The notes beneath the pieces were generated by a model, which was given only the letters and a program-made list of their open reading frames with translations, ran no database searches and had not been told where the DNA came from. The translations under genes and the position numbers were made by a program. Below are positions 49,380-58,302 of a stretch of 64,000 bases of DNA, one piece after another. Positions within the stretch are counted from its first letter, which is position 1. Every line of letters starts with the position of its first letter. The DNA comes from a virus: IMG/VR virus record IMGVR_UViG_3300035666_000005, positions 1 to 64,000 of that record. One strand, written 5' to 3'.

Positions 49380-50306
49380 CTATATTTTTAGGTTTGCATC
49401 TCCTGTTTCAAGTAAATCCATCAAATTTACCAAATATTGAATTTGCCCACCCAAACCTAAAAAAGAATCAAGCGGAGACGACGAAGACGACGACGAAGAC
49501 GACGAAGACGACGAAGACGACGAAGACGACGAAGACGACGAAGACGACGAAGACGACGAAGACGACGAAGACGAAGACGACGACGAAGACGACGAAGACG
49601 ACGAAGACGAAGACGACGAAGACGAAGACGACGAAGACGACGAAGACGACGACGAAAAACATTCTTTTACGCAATCAGGTATATCATCATCTTTAATAAT
49701 AAAATCTGCAATATTATTAGTTATGTTAATATACTCAGGAGGAAATCCTCTTAAATCTAATTCAAAACTTAATTTCCCTAGAGAGTCATTTTCCCATTTA
49801 TTATTATTAAAAATTGGTAATTGAAAATTATAATTATTAGTGATTTCACCACTCCAACTGTAAAAATTATTTCTATCAAGCCCAGTAAAATCTAACCCTA
49901 AATAAGGATTTCCATCAGAATTTATTGGAAAATAGCCAGAAACACGAATCCCGAATGGATAATCTGTAAAACCAGTTCTCATTATTTCTGCATTTAAAAA
50001 GCCATCCTTTTCGTAACCGATAAATAAAGAGTTTGTAAATTTTACATCCGTTAATAATCTAGGATTATCAGACTCTTTAAAATAATCAATATATGTTAAT
50101 TTACTAAAATAGTGTCCAGTAGGTAATTCTTTTGTATAAGAAAATAAAACTGGTATAGCATTCTGGTCAAAAGTTAAACCGCCATTAGCAGATGCAATTT
50201 TTTGAAAAAAATTTCCCGTTCCACTTTGGAAAATATCAAAAATTAATTTTATGCCAGTATTTGGTACTTTAAAATTAAAATTAACTGGATATAAAATTTC
50301 GTTCAT
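49380..50306 (-). CDS. Putative virion protein with a 60-residue poly-Ser tract
   Basis: 308 aa; GTGTAA at 50318-50323. Confidence 0.65.
   Translation of the reverse strand: MNEILYPVNFNFKVPNTGIKLIFDIFQSGTGNFFQKIASANGGLTFDQNAIPVLFSYTKELPTGHYFSKLTYIDYFKESDNPRLLTDVKFTNSLFIGYEKDGFLNAEIMRTGFTDYPFGIRVSGYFPINSDGNPYLGLDFTGLDRNNFYSWSGEITNNYNFQLPIFNNNKWENDSLGKLSFELDLRGFPPEYINITNNIADFIIKDDDIPDCVKECFSSSSSSSSSSSSSSSSSSSSSSSSSSSSSSSSSSSSSSSSSSSSSSSSSSSSSSSSSSSSPLDSFLGLGGQIQYLVNLMDLLETGDANLKI
49476..49655 (-). repeat. TCG/TCT microsatellite encoding Ser60
   Basis: 180 nt built mostly of a 9-nt unit (GACGACGAA on the plus strand). Confidence 0.95.
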
Positions 50307-50317
50307 AATCTTAATTT

Positions 50318-51547
50318 TTACACATTTAAACCAATAAATATATTTTTTTCATAATTTCCTGTAAAAATATATTGATATTTAACTTCCCCTGGTTGGGTAT
50401 TACTAATATTCCAGCCACTTGTCGGTTGTAATGTTGGAATTAAAAAATCATGGTTAAAAAATTCTATAGAATAAAAAATATTTAAGCCCGAATTTAATTC
50501 ATTAATACAATTTAAAGACGGTAATAAAAACTTTTTAGAGCCCTGGTTTTCATAATATTGTTCTTCATAAATAAACGCATTTGGGTCATTTGGTGTAGAA
50601 TTAATTGGTATTTTTAAAAATTCTTTACCTGCTGGAATATATTCAATATAACTATTATCTGATTTTAATATATTAATTCTTGGTCGATTATTAAAATTTT
50701 TATCATATGGATAAAAATCATATACTAGAACATTATTAAAATTCCATGTTAAATTAATTTCTATTAATTGATCGCTTGGACAGCACAATAATTCTTTTGA
50801 AAAATTCGAAATATTTTTAATAAAAGATTGTGGACTAGTATTAAATATAGGTATGTCATATTCATAACCAATAGTTTTATTTTGAATCGTAATTTGTAAA
50901 TTATTATCATTTGTAGATGGATCTATATTAGAAGTTAAAATATCAATATTTTTTAAAGCGTCATGTTCGAATACAGAATTAAAAGTATTAATGTTAATTA
51001 AAATTGGTTTTTTTTGTATAGCATCGCTAATTTCAATATTAAAATTAGCTACAGAACTTTTAAAAAAATAATTTTCTTGAGTTCTAACTATAATAGTTGC
51101 AGAGCCGATAAATTTAGGAATTAATTCATAATTTTTATTATCAATTTGAATTATTTCTAGAATTTCCGGATTTGAAGATGTTACGTTTTTATCTAAATTT
51201 TCAACAGTATTAATTGTTAAAGTTCTTTGGTTAATTGTAGAAAAAGCTAAATTAAGTATGTTAGGGCCTATAAAGTTAATAGGTGGTAAAGATTTATTTA
51301 CAGTTATTAATCTCTCAATCTGACCAGAATAAAAATTATTAGTTTCTAACTGGGATATAATAATAAAAGCTTTACCAGGACCAGTAATTGTAACGATACC
51401 GTCTTGATCAACTGTAAAAATCGAAGGATCTGAAGATTCATATATAAAAATACCATCACTATTAGATTGAGCATCTAATTTAAATTCTGGAGATAAAAAT
51501 TCTTTTTCTGGTATACAGTCAATATTAATATAAGTAGTATTTTTCAT
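50318..51547 (-). CDS. Ig-like (Big_2) domain virion protein
   Basis: YESSDPSIFTVDQDGIVTITGPGKAFI and TSSNPEIL...GSATIIV repeats. Confidence 0.7.
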   Translation of the reverse strand: MKNTTYINIDCIPEKEFLSPEFKLDAQSNSDGIFIYESSDPSIFTVDQDGIVTITGPGKAFIIISQLETNNFYSGQIERLITVNKSLPPINFIGPNILNLAFSTINQRTLTINTVENLDKNVTSSNPEILEIIQIDNKNYELIPKFIGSATIIVRTQENYFFKSSVANFNIEISDAIQKKPILININTFNSVFEHDALKNIDILTSNIDPSTNDNNLQITIQNKTIGYEYDIPIFNTSPQSFIKNISNFSKELLCCPSDQLIEINLTWNFNNVLVYDFYPYDKNFNNRPRINILKSDNSYIEYIPAGKEFLKIPINSTPNDPNAFIYEEQYYENQGSKKFLLPSLNCINELNSGLNIFYSIEFFNHDFLIPTLQPTSGWNISNTQPGEVKYQYIFTGNYEKNIFIGLNV

Positions 51548-51560
51548 TTTTCAAAATTCT

Positions 51561-52417
51561 TTAACATCCGCCATTCCAATACGTATCTATGTATTGTTCG
51601 ACAAGAGCTTTCGAATAATATGTGCTGGATGCATCAAATGCCGCATTATAATCCCAGAAATTCGAGTTGCTACCCATTAATTGGAATTTAAGAGCGGCAG
51701 CATTTGCTCGTAATTGAAACAACGTTTCTGAATTATTTCCGCCGTAACCGTCGTAATTATTCCTAGCGAGAACAAATTTTGTTGCTAAAGCCATTCCAGC
51801 CCCTTTACGATCTGTTTGAGGAACGAACGCTTCCATCATATTATATATCGAAATCTCTTCGGTTATGTTTGTCGTAAACATAAATCTATAAGCTGGAGGC
51901 GTTGGGGTTAATGAACTGTTGTTGTCCATCCACGGAATAAATGCAAGATTAGTAAGCCCGTTAACGCCGGGATGCACAATTTCGAAATTGGGAAGATTTA
52001 TAACTTCTTGCAAACCAAGAGCCAATCCATAAGATGCGCCTTCTACACTAAGGAAATCCGCATAAGTACTAGTATACGGTAATTCTTGAGTATTTGACGA
52101 AAGCTTGTTAAGGAAGGAATTCACAAAGAATAAACTTGGAGTCATCGACAGTCTTGCGTAAGTTTGTAGAGCAATTCCCGCTGTCGATTGATAACCATTG
52201 AGATAAGAAAATTCTCCTTGCGCCGGATCTGACGGAACTGAGTTTGTGTATCCCATGATATTCATTACCATATCTGCCCGATTACTTATTGGCGCAAGCG
52301 TTTGACCAGGAGACGTACTCGCACCGAGTATTGCAGACCATGTAACAAATTCTTGGTTTGTTGGTTGTCGATAAAGTAAGAGCGAGAACATGTCTGCAAT
52401 AAATCTTGCATTGCTGC
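51561..52417 (-). repeat. Copy A of a duplicated approx. 290-codon module (copy B approx. 54890-55785)
   Basis: 62-nt exact identity between 52252-52313 and 55619-55680; shared FIADMFSLLLYRQPTN and FQLRANAAALKFQL. Confidence 0.9.
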
Positions 52418-53942
52418 ATGGTACATAATTATTTCCTATAGAAGACGAAGATGAAGACGATCCGACAAAATTTGAAGAAGATGAAGATGATTGGGTTATA
52501 GAAGAAGAACTACTAGAAGAACTACTTGAAAAAGATAAAATCTGAGTTTCGTGTAATAAAAATGCAGCCCCATTTGAATTTGTATTATTATTTAAACTGG
52601 AATAAGCTCCCACAACAACCGCGTTACTATTTTCATCAATAGAAATTGAACTACCCAAACCTGAAAAAGAAGATGGGCATTTTGATTCATTATAACCAAT
52701 TTTACCACTAAATTGAAAATTATTACCAGTATAAATAAATATAGAATTTTCTTTAGGAGATCCAATATATATATTATTATTTTGTCCATTAAAACCAACA
52801 GAAGCCCCAAAATATGAAACCCCGGAAGATCCTGTTTTTGAAAAAATATTGTCCCAGTTATTTAAGTTTTTTCTATATAATTTTACAATACCTGTTTTAT
52901 GGTAAGGATTACCAATTAAAATATTATTTCCAGATGTATCTACATCAATAAATTTATTAAAATTATAATTATAACTATTTTGAAAATTATCATAATTTAA
53001 ATTGAATGTATGCGTTTTATTTAAAATATTATTATTATAAGAATAAACATGAAAATATTCATTCTCTGCGATAACAATCAAATTCCCACTATTTATTTTG
53101 ACACATTTTCCAAAATAACCAAAATTATTTAAACCAGTTAAAGTGTGAGATAATTGCCAATTATTACTTATGTTTCTATATAAATAAACTTTTCCTCCGG
53201 TAATATTATTTATACCTACATCTGTAGGTGCGCCGATTATTAAAATACTTCCATTATTATTTAAGTCCAAAGAATACCCAAACTGAGAAAATGGAGCTCC
53301 ATTACCAGTTAAACTTGTTATTAATTGACCAGTTGGAGAATTCCCAGTTTGAAAAGAAAATATATGAGCAGCACCATGTCCATAGTTGAAAGGTTTCTCT
53401 ATATAAGAATCAATATTAGAGTAAAAAGGTTCCCCAATTGCAATAATATTATTATCATTAATGGCAACACTTTTTCCGAATTCTCCAAAATTAGTTATTT
53501 TAGGACTTATGAATTCATATTTTTTCCAGTAATCTTGATGTTTAAAATAATACCATGCAATACCAACATTTTTTCTAGGATAATCTATAATCTTATCAGT
53601 TTTATGCGCGCCAATTATAATTCCAGATCCAGATTTATTAGTGTCTGTAGACCACCCAAAATTTGCATAAGATAATGTTTTATCGAAATCAGTTATACTA
53701 AAAATATTATCATTCGGAAATAATTTAGCTCCGATAAAAGGCTCTGTTAAACAAACATTTGGTTTCTCACAATCTATCCCAATGAATATATTTTTAAAAT
53801 CATTTTGATATTCAACAGATGTTATATAATATTGACCACTAAAATTATCATTATTATTAATAAGTATTTTTTCCCCAACAGTATATCTAACTGTAGATGG
53901 AATATTTGGATTCAAATAAGATAATTTAATAATTTTGCTCAT
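51561..53942 (-). CDS. Tail fibre/adhesin: FG-GAP beta-propeller, poly-Ser linker, DUF4214-like C-terminal module
   Basis: FGKSVAI..IAIGEP, FGYSLDL..LIIGAP, FGASVG..IGSP, VVGAY repeats. Confidence 0.75.
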   Translation of the reverse strand: MSKIIKLSYLNPNIPSTVRYTVGEKILINNNDNFSGQYYITSVEYQNDFKNIFIGIDCEKPNVCLTEPFIGAKLFPNDNIFSITDFDKTLSYANFGWSTDTNKSGSGIIIGAHKTDKIIDYPRKNVGIAWYYFKHQDYWKKYEFISPKITNFGEFGKSVAINDNNIIAIGEPFYSNIDSYIEKPFNYGHGAAHIFSFQTGNSPTGQLITSLTGNGAPFSQFGYSLDLNNNGSILIIGAPTDVGINNITGGKVYLYRNISNNWQLSHTLTGLNNFGYFGKCVKINSGNLIVIAENEYFHVYSYNNNILNKTHTFNLNYDNFQNSYNYNFNKFIDVDTSGNNILIGNPYHKTGIVKLYRKNLNNWDNIFSKTGSSGVSYFGASVGFNGQNNNIYIGSPKENSIFIYTGNNFQFSGKIGYNESKCPSSFSGLGSSISIDENSNAVVVGAYSSLNNNTNSNGAAFLLHETQILSFSSSSSSSSSSITQSSSSSSNFVGSSSSSSSIGNNYVPCSNARFIADMFSLLLYRQPTNQEFVTWSAILGASTSPGQTLAPISNRADMVMNIMGYTNSVPSDPAQGEFSYLNGYQSTAGIALQTYARLSMTPSLFFVNSFLNKLSSNTQELPYTSTYADFLSVEGASYGLALGLQEVINLPNFEIVHPGVNGLTNLAFIPWMDNNSSLTPTPPAYRFMFTTNITEEISIYNMMEAFVPQTDRKGAGMALATKFVLARNNYDGYGGNNSETLFQLRANAAALKFQLMGSNSNFWDYNAAFDASSTYYSKALVEQYIDTYWNGGC

Positions 53943-53946
53943 AATA

Positions 53947-56900
53947 TTATTTTATACTAATATCTTCCCATCCAGCTGAAGAAGTTGCAGTTAAACGCCA
54001 AGTTTCACCAAAATCTTCTGATAATAATACAGATAAACCATTTCTACCGACAGCTATATATTTACCGTCAGAACTAATTGCCACAGTACCATATCTTTCT
54101 AAATCAAAAGTTGGTTGTAATTTTTGAGTCCATGTTTGACCATAATCACTAGAAATATATATACCTCGATCTGAATTTTGATATACGGCTGCCGCTTGAT
54201 ATCTACCATCTCCTCCTACGCTAACATCATACCACGTACGAACAGAGTCTTTATTAAACCATGTAACACCAAAATTATTCGATACTAATAATTGGCTATT
54301 TATACCCGCTACTGTTTGATATTGACCATTATCACTCATCGAAACACGAAACCAAGAACCGGCGCCAATTACTTCAGTCCATGTTTGGCCATAATCATTT
54401 GAAACATATATGCCTTTACAATTATTGCAAGGTCCGCCAGTAAAGGATACAACCGTAATATAACGACCATTATTACTTATAGCCACATCTGTCCAATTAC
54501 CTGCTAATTTAGACACCCATGTTTGGCCAAAATCGGTTGATACAATAAGCTCGGGATTAGGATCTACGAAAGAACTTCCAAAAATGGGGTCCTCCCGACT
54601 ACTAAGTAAAGCTGCTTGATATTTACCATTAGCACTAATAGCAATAGACTGACAACCACGATTTTGACCATTAAAAGAGACCGGAGACCAAGCTACTCCA
54701 GAATTATTTGATATAAATATTTTATTAGGGTAATCTGCAACTACTTGATATCTACCTTTGCTACTAATATCAATACCCCTTAATCCAGAATAAGGATAAT
54801 TATTTGTTCTATCTACCCATGTAGTTCCATAATCATAAGAAGTATAAATAAGATTAGAAGATATTGCAGACATAAATTGACCATCAGAAGGGCAAAAATC
54901 ATCCCAATAAATTTGTAAATATTCCTCAACAAGAGTTTTTGAGTAATACGTATTAGAAATTTCAAAAGCGGCGTTATAATCCCAAGAATTTGAATCACTA
55001 CCATTTAATTGGAATTTTAGTGCCGCAGCATTCGCTCGTAATTGAAATTCCATTTCTGAAGTTCCTCCGATTGGGAATGCTAGAGGGTCTGGGCCATTAA
55101 CAAAATTATTTCTTGCAAGAATATATTTCATTGCGTACGCCATTCCCGCCCCCTGTTTAGATGTTTGCGGGACGAAAGTAGTCATTAATAACTGAATTGG
55201 TTCGGCACCACATAAAGTTGTGGTAAACATGTAACGATAAGTTGGAAGGGTCGGCGCTGGTAAAAGATTAGCATTAGCATCGAGCCCCATCATCCATAAA
55301 ATAAATTGATTATTCGGTAAACTTCTTACCCCAGGATGTCTAGTTTCAAAAATCGGCAGATCTATAATTTCTTGTAGCCCAGAAATTAAACCGTAAGATG
55401 CACCCCATGGAGCGTTATTCACCCCACAAAAAGTTCCTGGCAATGGCAGTATTTCAGTATTAGAACGAAGCTTGTTTAAGAAAGAATTGACAAAAAATGA
55501 GCTTGGCGTTATTGAAAGTCTCGCGTAGGTTTGTAATGCAATCCCCGCAGTTGATTGATAGTCACCAAGATAAGAAAATCTTCCAGAGACTGCATTTCCA
55601 GGGCTTGGGTTTGAATACCCCATGATATTCATTACCATATCTGCCCGATTACTTATTGGCGCAAGCGTTTGACCAGGAGATGTACTGGCACCGAGTATTG
55701 CCGACCACGTAATAAACTCTTCATTTGTCGGTTGTCGATAAAGTAACAGCGAGAACATGTCTGCAATAAATTGTGCGTTATCACATCTTCTTAAAGAAGA
55801 ACTACTTGAAGAAGTGAAAGACGAAGAAGACGAAGAACTAAATATCGTAGATGAAGAGGATGAAGAGGATGAAGATAATATTAAATCTATATCACATATA
55901 TAAAATTCTGAAGATGTATTAAAACCATCACTAGTAAATATAGATTGAGTATCTAATGAAATAATATTTCCAGAACTTTCAATTGAGGATAATTTTCGAG
56001 GCCAATGAGAAAAACATCCAGACCAACAATCTTGAACATCGGTTCCTCTAAAATTATAAAAATTTGGAGGTTCTATTGTAAATCCTATTATGGTAGTATC
56101 ACATGGATATAATATATTACATTCTATGTCTATATCTGTTATTGAAGGCGGAATACCAGAATCAAAAACTCTAAACGTATTTAAAGATAGAAAATTTTCT
56201 TCCCATCCGCCGCCATTATACTGCGCAAAAGCAGAAATACCATTTAAATTCCCTTTTTGTTCATAACCTGATGGTAATTCAAAACCAATACCTTCAAAAA
56301 GATTATAAAATTTTCCACTTCCGGAAGAAGTTTGTCCAAGTCTCGAAATTCTAGTACGCCCACCAGTAGGATGTCCAGGATATAATTGATAACTACCACT
56401 AGCTATTTGAAAAAAACTATTTTCAAAAAATTTCTCTTCTCCAGATAATGGTTGGATAACAAATCCAGAATATTGGAAAAAATAAATGTCGTCGTTACTA
56501 AAACATAAATTTTTACCAACAAACTCTGGGATATCTGTTATTGGTAATTGGCCAGGAATTACAGGATTACAAAAATCTAAACCAGTTACTAAAGAAACTT
56601 TTCCACTAAAATTTCCACTTGTTATTTCATAAATAGGTTCTCCCTTAATTGGGTCAAAACCTTTGCCACTAACATCCCAATTAAGAAAAGATTCTCCAGT
56701 AATTATTCCGACATGAGATTTAGAGATATTCCAAATACCAGGTTCAAAATTAAATTGATAATCTCCAATTAATTTGCCACTAATTCTGGACCCAGTTGCA
56801 AAAGCAGCTCCTGTAATATTAAAAAATCCACTAATCTTACCCGTTACAAAAATTAATGGAGATATTAAATTAATATTTTCATAATCAGAAGGATCAAACT

Positions 56901-58269
56901 CAACAAATATATCTCCCGTATTTATGAAAAATTTCGAAACCAAGCCGGTTTTTAAACCAGTTTTGTATTCATATACAAAAGAATATTGAGAACATATTGA
57001 ATTACTTGGATTCGCATTACAAATTGTATTGTAATTTTCTTCGCTAATCGGTGGTGGAACAAAATTACCATTTGTATCTAAATACCACCCCCTTCTTTCA
57101 TCTGGTACTATACCAGTAACGATTCCAGAAAAAAATCCTGTTAAAAATCCACCGTTAAAATTTAAAAATCCTGTATATAAAATATCAGGTTGAAAACCTT
57201 TTGCACCTATATTTGTTAATGTAAAAATATTGCCTAAACCAGAACCTAATACAGTATAATTTTTTTCAATATATTGGTCCTCAGCAACTTTAAACTCTCT
57301 TACAATACCAGATCCCGTTCCATATTCATAATAATTTCTTAAAAGGTTAAAACCACTTACGAAACCTGACACATTACTAGATAAAAATCCACTTCCCGTA
57401 ATAAATCCAGAAACATTTTGATTAGTAACAAAAGCTGTCCTTTGAACATTCCTATAATAATCCCCAGTTAAGCCACTAATATATTTTAATTGTATTGATA
57501 AATTAGCAGAATCAGCATTTCTAAAAACTATATTATAATCTTTATAATAATTATTTTCTACATACAAAATATTCGGACCAAATGACAAATAATAAGTTTC
57601 ATCTTCAAGTCGTATTCCAGATAAAGTGACACGTAATTCTTGAGTACCAAAATCTGTATCTAAAATAATATTTGTATTAGATAAACTAATTATATTATTT
57701 CTATTTATTAAATAAAAATATCCTGAATTATTTTGCTCTATACTTAAATTATTGAGCCCAGTTACAGTAAAATTATTATTAGTTACTATACCAGAAAAAA
57801 TTGTAAAATTATAATCACTATTATTAATAATATTGATTTTTATTAATTCACCAGATCGATAAGAAACCTTTTCGTCATAGAAATATTCTGGGGTATCACC
57901 TAAAATACTTAAATTTAAAAAATTAACGTTTTGGCTGCCAATTGAATTTAAACTAAAACCAGTAATTTTATCATAATTTTGAATTGGAAGTCCAAGATAT
58001 AAAGGGTTAGCATTATTATATAAATCAATTCTATTATTAGAAATATTCCCAGATAAATTTAAATTTGAGTTAGTTTCATAACTTCCGATAAAATCGCCAC
58101 TAGGAGAATAAATTTTTCTATTTTCAATCGAAAAAATATTAAAAATATTGCCGCTATTCGAATGAAAATTAAAATTAAAAATACCCGTAGATACAGGTCT
58201 TAAATTGAATAACCAATTAACCGTATCTTGTGGGTATATATACCGAAACCTTGTACCAGATATTAACAT
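53947..58269 (-). CDS. Large tail/adhesin protein: (S/T)G-rich region, poly-Ser linker, DUF4214-like module, Asp-box propeller
   Basis: SxDxGxTW repeats (SYDYGTTW, STDFGQTW, SNDYGQTW, SSDYGQTW, SEDFGETW); GTGTAA at 58280-58285. Confidence 0.75.
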   Translation of the reverse strand: MLISGTRFRYIYPQDTVNWLFNLRPVSTGIFNFNFHSNSGNIFNIFSIENRKIYSPSGDFIGSYETNSNLNLSGNISNNRIDLYNNANPLYLGLPIQNYDKITGFSLNSIGSQNVNFLNLSILGDTPEYFYDEKVSYRSGELIKINIINNSDYNFTIFSGIVTNNNFTVTGLNNLSIEQNNSGYFYLINRNNIISLSNTNIILDTDFGTQELRVTLSGIRLEDETYYLSFGPNILYVENNYYKDYNIVFRNADSANLSIQLKYISGLTGDYYRNVQRTAFVTNQNVSGFITGSGFLSSNVSGFVSGFNLLRNYYEYGTGSGIVREFKVAEDQYIEKNYTVLGSGLGNIFTLTNIGAKGFQPDILYTGFLNFNGGFLTGFFSGIVTGIVPDERRGWYLDTNGNFVPPPISEENYNTICNANPSNSICSQYSFVYEYKTGLKTGLVSKFFINTGDIFVEFDPSDYENINLISPLIFVTGKISGFFNITGAAFATGSRISGKLIGDYQFNFEPGIWNISKSHVGIITGESFLNWDVSGKGFDPIKGEPIYEITSGNFSGKVSLVTGLDFCNPVIPGQLPITDIPEFVGKNLCFSNDDIYFFQYSGFVIQPLSGEEKFFENSFFQIASGSYQLYPGHPTGGRTRISRLGQTSSGSGKFYNLFEGIGFELPSGYEQKGNLNGISAFAQYNGGGWEENFLSLNTFRVFDSGIPPSITDIDIECNILYPCDTTIIGFTIEPPNFYNFRGTDVQDCWSGCFSHWPRKLSSIESSGNIISLDTQSIFTSDGFNTSSEFYICDIDLILSSSSSSSSSTIFSSSSSSSFTSSSSSSLRRCDNAQFIADMFSLLLYRQPTNEEFITWSAILGASTSPGQTLAPISNRADMVMNIMGYSNPSPGNAVSGRFSYLGDYQSTAGIALQTYARLSITPSSFFVNSFLNKLRSNTEILPLPGTFCGVNNAPWGASYGLISGLQEIIDLPIFETRHPGVRSLPNNQFILWMMGLDANANLLPAPTLPTYRYMFTTTLCGAEPIQLLMTTFVPQTSKQGAGMAYAMKYILARNNFVNGPDPLAFPIGGTSEMEFQLRANAAALKFQLNGSDSNSWDYNAAFEISNTYYSKTLVEEYLQIYWDDFCPSDGQFMSAISSNLIYTSYDYGTTWVDRTNNYPYSGLRGIDISSKGRYQVVADYPNKIFISNNSGVAWSPVSFNGQNRGCQSIAISANGKYQAALLSSREDPIFGSSFVDPNPELIVSTDFGQTWVSKLAGNWTDVAISNNGRYITVVSFTGGPCNNCKGIYVSNDYGQTWTEVIGAGSWFRVSMSDNGQYQTVAGINSQLLVSNNFGVTWFNKDSVRTWYDVSVGGDGRYQAAAVYQNSDRGIYISSDYGQTWTQKLQPTFDLERYGTVAISSDGKYIAVGRNGLSVLLSEDFGETWRLTATSSAGWEDISIK

Positions 58270-58302
58270 CTTCTAATTATTACACATAATTGTTAATATC
58301 AA

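Noticed and set aside
49394-49696. Thr/Lys-rich (+) and Val/Phe-rich (-) ORFs over the Ser tract
   Set aside because: Alternate-frame shadows of the stop-free microsatellite
51561-55785. Diversity-generating retroelement TR/VR pair
   Set aside because: Both copies are coding, differences are not adenine-specific (many synonymous C/T and C/G changes plus indels), and no reverse transcriptase is in the window
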